64,000 bases of DNA, from the NCBI GenBank assembly GCA_963668625.2, contig CAXXKA010000001.1, forward strand, positions 288,001 through 352,000. The letters run 5' to 3'. The stretch is from an uncultured candidate division Zixibacteria bacterium (lineage in GTDB: Bacteria > Zixibacteria > MSB-5A5 > UBA10806 > 4484-95). The notes under the pieces are model-generated. The model was not told where the DNA came from and did no database searches. It worked only from the letters and a program-made list of their open reading frames with translations. Each line of letters starts with the position of its first letter. Within the stretch, counting starts at the first letter, position 1. A program made the translations under genes and the position numbers. Of the stretch, positions 60,700 through 64,000 are shown piece after piece.

Positions 60700-61848
60700 T
60701 TACATATCGGTTTTGAACTCCTCTAATGTCTCTTGCCAGCCTGCGTCATCCGGGTCCTCGTTAACTGCCATCTCCATGTACTTGATAGCATCATCATTAT
60801 TACCCAGCGCTTTGCAGATATGCGCCGCGGTATCGAGTATCATTGCTTTGGATCGTCCCGGTTGAGCCAGGTTGACACCTTTTACCGCCAGCTTCTCGGC
60901 CTCTTCCAGATTAATCATATTTTCATAACACCACCAGGCGAAACTATTGAGCGCATTGGCATCCTCTGTCCAGCCATCCTCGTAAGTCGAGCGTTTTAAC
61001 TCGACTGCTTTATTTTTCTCGCCGGTAAAGTTAAGGTTATATGCTATCTCGAATTCGGTGTTGTGTCTACTGAGGTTCTCATCATTGGCCTTGGTATAAG
61101 CCTTCATGCCCAGTTCCAGGTAATTCTTGAAATCAACCATCTTCTCGTGATACTCCGCCAGTCTGCTCATATCACTAGCGGCGTACACCTGAGAGGTGTA
61201 ATCATTACCGGCAAACACTATTTCGGCGGTTTTAACGGCGTCCTCATATGTGAATTCATTGCCGCGAATACCGCGAATAGTGTTTTCGAGCAAATCGTAG
61301 GCATAGTTATTCTCATCATCGAGCTCGGCGGCTTTGCCGTAATACGTTACCGCGTCTTTGTACATACCGGTGGCGCTGCTATACCGGGCCAGCGCTTTGG
61401 CATCATTGAGCGTTGGCAGATCGTCATAACGTGCCATCTTCTGATCGATAGTTGCCAGATCGGCTAGTTCCTCGGTAAGCGTATTAATAAAATAATCTTT
61501 GGCAAAACCCGACCAACGGGCAATTATCTGCTTATCGGCGTTGACCAGCACGTATGTTGGATAACCCTGTATTTCGAACTCGACCGCCAGGTCAATGCCC
61601 TCGCCTTTTTCGCAGTCAACCTTGTGAAGAACCACGTTTTCGAGTGCGGCCATTACTTCGGCATCCTCATGCGAGGCTTTGGTGAATCGCTGGCAAGGCC
61701 CGCACCATTCGGCATAGAAATCTACCAGAAACGGTTTGCCTTCTTCAGTGGCCTTGGCCAATGCCTTATCGAACTGACTGCCTTGTTGGCAGGCAAACCC
61801 GATCGCAATAATCATGATTCCTAAAACGATAAACATAGCTTTTTTCAT
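60700..61848 (-). CDS. Lipoprotein with thioredoxin domain and TPR repeats
   Basis: Lipobox-like GFAC; VDFYAEWCGPC; GYPT cis-Pro; C-terminal TPR (LNSFAW, ILDTAAH). Confidence 0.85.
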   Translation of the reverse strand: MKKAMFIVLGIMIIAIGFACQQGSQFDKALAKATEEGKPFLVDFYAEWCGPCQRFTKASHEDAEVMAALENVVLHKVDCEKGEGIDLAVEFEIQGYPTYVLVNADKQIIARWSGFAKDYFINTLTEELADLATIDQKMARYDDLPTLNDAKALARYSSATGMYKDAVTYYGKAAELDDENNYAYDLLENTIRGIRGNEFTYEDAVKTAEIVFAGNDYTSQVYAASDMSRLAEYHEKMVDFKNYLELGMKAYTKANDENLSRHNTEFEIAYNLNFTGEKNKAVELKRSTYEDGWTEDANALNSFAWWCYENMINLEEAEKLAVKGVNLAQPGRSKAMILDTAAHICKALGNNDDAIKYMEMAVNEDPDDAGWQETLEEFKTDM

Positions 61849-62031
61849 GGATGCATTCCTTTAATTTAAGTAATTCACTTTTTCATTTAAAGGTCAATAT
61901 ATGCGGTAATGTTCCTGTAATTCAAGTAGAAATAAAATAGGGATTTCCCGGCAAAACCAGTTAAGCTACAGATGAGGTTATCAGCCAGCCATAAAATAAC
62001 TGAGCAAAGTTAAGTTCATGGAAAATTATTA

Positions 62032-62760
62032 TTAACTCGTATCATTTCTTTTCCATCCGAAATTAATATCTACATTGTGGTTTGTTTTTGGGGAGCCCGT
62101 GCCGAATTTGACGAATGCTGGAGGATCAATTTTAAAAAAGATAGGCACCGATAATCCATCGATACCTTTTGCATGAATCAAAGAGAGATTTTGTTTGTTG
62201 TCAGTCGGTAAAGTTCCTTCATATAGCCAGGGCCCCCAACGAATTGAAAAATTATGTTCTTTCTGAAGATTTTCCTTATTTTTGAATATTTGTATATAGA
62301 CCTGTCCTGCAAATTCCGCTGGATGGAAACCTATCCATTCATTTAGAAACTGCCTTCCAATTAATTCCGAGATCTTCATTGAAATTCGTGATGTTTTCTT
62401 GTTCCATGCCAGGTAGAGTTTAGTTCTTAGCAAAGGGAAGACCGCAAACACTTGTTCTGGATCAGTCACCATTAATGGTAGAACAGTTAACTTATCATTG
62501 GATATCTCTTCTGAAAGGGCGGTTTCCAGCTCTGTCCTCGTCCAATTTTTCCTTAAGAAACTATCAGTCAGCAAAACTAAAACGAATTTACATTTTGAAA
62601 GACCATCGTTGATTTTCCTGATTATTGAATCTCCCCATCCAATCTCTATTTCATCAAGCCAATAAGAAATACCATAATCGTCAAATGAATTAACTAGTGG
62701 GTATACATATTTTTCTTTGTCATCACTAGAATGAGAGAGAAATATATCTTTTTCTTTCAT
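62032..62760 (-). CDS. TIR-domain protein with unknown C-terminal domain
   Basis: DIFLSHSSDDK, WLDEIEIGWGDSI..KIN.GL, WTRTEL (catalytic Glu); AT-rich. Confidence 0.85.
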   Translation of the reverse strand: MKEKDIFLSHSSDDKEKYVYPLVNSFDDYGISYWLDEIEIGWGDSIIRKINDGLSKCKFVLVLLTDSFLRKNWTRTELETALSEEISNDKLTVLPLMVTDPEQVFAVFPLLRTKLYLAWNKKTSRISMKISELIGRQFLNEWIGFHPAEFAGQVYIQIFKNKENLQKEHNFSIRWGPWLYEGTLPTDNKQNLSLIHAKGIDGLSVPIFFKIDPPAFVKFGTGSPKTNHNVDINFGWKRNDTS

Positions 62761-62954
62761 ATTACTTTTCGATTCTATAACTAAATTATTTCTATTCCTC
62801 TTTAAATATATAATAATAAAGCAAAAATACAATGATTATATAAACGAGTACTGTCTGGCCTTTCGCTTATACTTCTTTTTATCAATCAGATATCTTTAAA
62901 GTAAAAACTGCTTCTAGTTTGATATATATATTTCTATTGCCATGTAAATAAAAA

Positions 62955-63039
62955 CGGAGAGGCAGGGATTCGAACCCTGGGTCCCCGAAGGGACAACGGT
63001 TTTCGAGACCGCCCCGTTCGACCGCTCCGGCACCTCTCC
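62955..63039 (-). tRNA. tRNA-Ser (anticodon CGA)
   Basis: GGAGAGG acceptor, GCGGT-CTCGAAA-ACCGT anticodon arm, long variable arm, GGTTCGAATCC; CCA not encoded. Confidence 0.96.
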
Positions 63040-63132
63040 GGGGTCAAATATATGATTTAATTTCCATTTGTGAAGTAATTTTTAAAGTTATTATCTAAAT
63101 AATGCCATTTTTCTTTTAATTATACTTGCTCC

Positions 63133-63215
63133 GTAGCTGGCTGACATCCCGAGGCTGTCCCAAAAGACACATGGCTGGGGCGCCACCTTGGCAAGCGAGT
63201 ATGTGCCCCAACTAC
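63133..63215 (-). other. Structured GTAG...CTAC element (REP doublet or ncRNA)
   Basis: Long closing stem plus three internal hairpins; G-U pairs favour the minus strand. Confidence 0.45.
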
Positions 63216-63259
63216 CTATGATCATTTTCTTTGTTGTGAATTTATTTTTAAATATAACT

Positions 63260-63295
63260 AAAAAAGCCGGCAACCTGGAGGCATACCGGCTTTTT
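63260..63295 (-). terminator. Intrinsic (possibly bidirectional) terminator
   Basis: AAAAAAGCCGG-loop-CCGGCTTTTT. Confidence 0.7.
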
Positions 63296-63436
63296 AAAAT
63301 CACATTGGAAGTGCCGATCTGCCTGTCTTCAACTCTTTCTCCGGATAAACCATCCTGATCATCGCCGGCACATGATTATATCAGCCGGGTCATGTAAGCC
63401 GCTTTATGATAGGTAATAATATGATGCAGGGAGGTG

Positions 63437-63898
63437 TTAATTATGATATTGATCAAGTTTGAGCTTATTGAAATCCCTGGGCCGCAGGCGAAGAATCATA
63501 AATCCCGAGAGGCTGGCAATAGCGAATGCTACCATTGCGTTCATATTACCCTCGAGCAATACCGCCACCAGACCATAGAATGGCAGAGCCGAACAAATAC
63601 CGGCAGTTACTATCGTTGCTTTAATAGAGTGTTGCCAGAGAGCTTTTTTATCAATGGTAACGCTATCATCAAACAACGGCGAGAGCATCTTGTTTTTAAT
63701 TATAGCGCCGATCACCAGATCAACGATACCGACAACCGCCAGTATGACAGTAAGCAGCCCGATTTGTTCTATCCCGGTAACATCATCTGCCCGTGTATAA
63801 GCAATTGCCAGGCTGATAATATTAGCGCAGAATACTATCCCCGTGCCGACTATAGTCGCTTTGCCGATCGTGTTTATTAAATCACTTTTAAATATCAT
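63437..63898 (-). CDS. Hypothetical membrane protein (~4 TM)
   Basis: Hydrophobic helices; ATGA overlap with the tadA stop. Confidence 0.7.
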   Translation of the reverse strand: MIFKSDLINTIGKATIVGTGIVFCANIISLAIAYTRADDVTGIEQIGLLTVILAVVGIVDLVIGAIIKNKMLSPLFDDSVTIDKKALWQHSIKATIVTAGICSALPFYGLVAVLLEGNMNAMVAFAIASLSGFMILRLRPRDFNKLKLDQYHN

Positions 63899-63999
63899 TT
63901 AGCCCTGATCGTTCGGAAAAACGATTTCATCAGCTCGGAGACTCGATCCTCTAAAATGCCGGGGACGACCTCGAGCTGATGGTTTAATCTGATATCCTG
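63895..63999 (-). CDS. tadA: tRNA adenosine deaminase C-terminus (5' truncated by window)
   Basis: Own translation QDIRLNHQLEVVPGILEDRVSELMKSFFRTIRAK*, typical TadA end (LNH..EV..G.L...L...FF...R); tRNA-Ser nearby. Confidence 0.75.
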   Translation of the reverse strand, partial: QDIRLNHQLEVVPGILEDRVSELMKSFFRTIRAK

Positions 64000-64000
64000 A

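Noticed and set aside
61900-62955. Prophage or integrative element at tRNA-Ser
   Set aside because: No integrase and no duplicated tRNA 3' end seen; only one accessory gene.
63133-63383. SRP RNA (ffs) or c-di-GMP-I riboswitch near tadA/tRNA-Ser
   Set aside because: The SRP CAGG-GNRA-AGCAG domain is absent; the GEMM resemblance is fragmentary, without the GAAA tetraloop arm or a downstream CDS.

Overview
Chromosomal window of a diderm, probably anaerobic bacterium. Gene content suggests an FCB-type candidate lineage such as Zixibacteria (inference only). Most genes are housekeeping: tamB/Omp85, mnmA, a lipid A acyltransferase, ffh-rpsP-khpA-rimM-trmD-rplS-rnhB, truA-fsa-purB-psd-pssA-purSQ-tatA, nadA, acnA, tadA and tRNA-Ser(CGA). 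Five parts stand out. (1) A comEC-linked expanded Mgl polarity module sits directly upstream of pilB-pilT-pilC-pilS; it has a DUF4388 protein, four Roadblock paralogs and an MglA GTPase with a ~285-aa disordered tail ending in a MinD-like amphipathic motif. (2) An apparent SOS mutagenesis operon (lexA, DUF6504-like protein, dinB) is split by a REP-bounded block with an AT-rich PD-(D/E)xK nuclease-like gene and a RAYT transposase. (3) A mevalonate-pathway operon has an HMG-CoA reductase/mevalonate kinase fusion and no HMG-CoA synthase. (4) Intergenic spaces hold two MITE families and several REP families, including a ~254-bp MITE with a 9-bp target duplication that carries a REP doublet. (5) An AT-rich TIR-domain gene lies just downstream of tRNA-Ser. 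All calls come from motif recognition by eye; no database searches were run.
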